Source of the DNA: Raillietiella orientalis
Lineage: Eukaryota
DNA length: 64,000 bases
Direction of reading: 5' to 3'
NCBI GenBank assembly: GCA_036172245.1
Contig: JAYWIR010000001.1
Coordinates: forward strand, 2,418,001 to 2,482,000
In this document: piece by piece, positions 63,696 to 64,000 of the stretch
Numbering within the stretch: position 1 is the first letter of the stretch
How the letters are laid out: the number at the start of each line of letters is the position of its first letter
The notes under the pieces: generated by a model
Told to the model about the DNA's origin: nothing
Database searches by the model: none
The model's input: the letters and a program-made list of their open reading frames with translations, nothing else
Translations under genes and position numbers: made by a program

Positions 63696-64000
63696 TGTTT
63701 CATGACTTCTGGAATATAAGCTGTCAAATAAACATACGCCAACTACTTTTGCAGAAGTGAACTTTTACATACCAGCCTGCTTATACTGATATGCACATAG
63801 ATATTACTGCAACTTCATTTGTGGTTCCACATGAAACATGCGAACGGTGCAGAAGGCTCCCTAAAACATGGCTCTATAACGCCATGTAACGCTAAAATAC
63901 TTTTGCGTTCTTTGCTACTTCTAACAATGTCTCAATACAACATGCGTGATTGCATCAAAAGCTGCTCCACTTCGATGAGTGTGGGATGAAGCATTTGATG

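Overview
Eukaryotic (invertebrate animal) nuclear DNA with very short (mostly 44-65 nt) GT-AG introns. A clade I nematode would fit, but the taxon cannot be proven from this window. Two conserved genes are clear, both on the minus strand and visibly CpG-poor: the histone H3K4 demethylase KDM5/lid (58153-63695) and the complex I subunit NDUFB5 (46975-48144). Most of the left 46 kb is a transposon graveyard: many rearranged fragments of one L1/Tx1-like LINE family, a decayed R2/NeSL/Utopia-like retroelement with several zinc fingers, and BEL-like integrase and hAT remnants. Embedded in it are a CpG-rich multi-exon orphan gene (about 10030-11462), a U6 snRNA retrocopy with a 5' fold-back duplication, a nad2-like NUMT and a possible decayed HUH/SF3-helicase viral remnant. 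The most unusual structure is at about 31347-32170: a tRNA-derived Pol III-type head, about 12 related GC-rich hairpins and a short A tract. All calls were made by eye, without searches, and TE boundaries are approximate.
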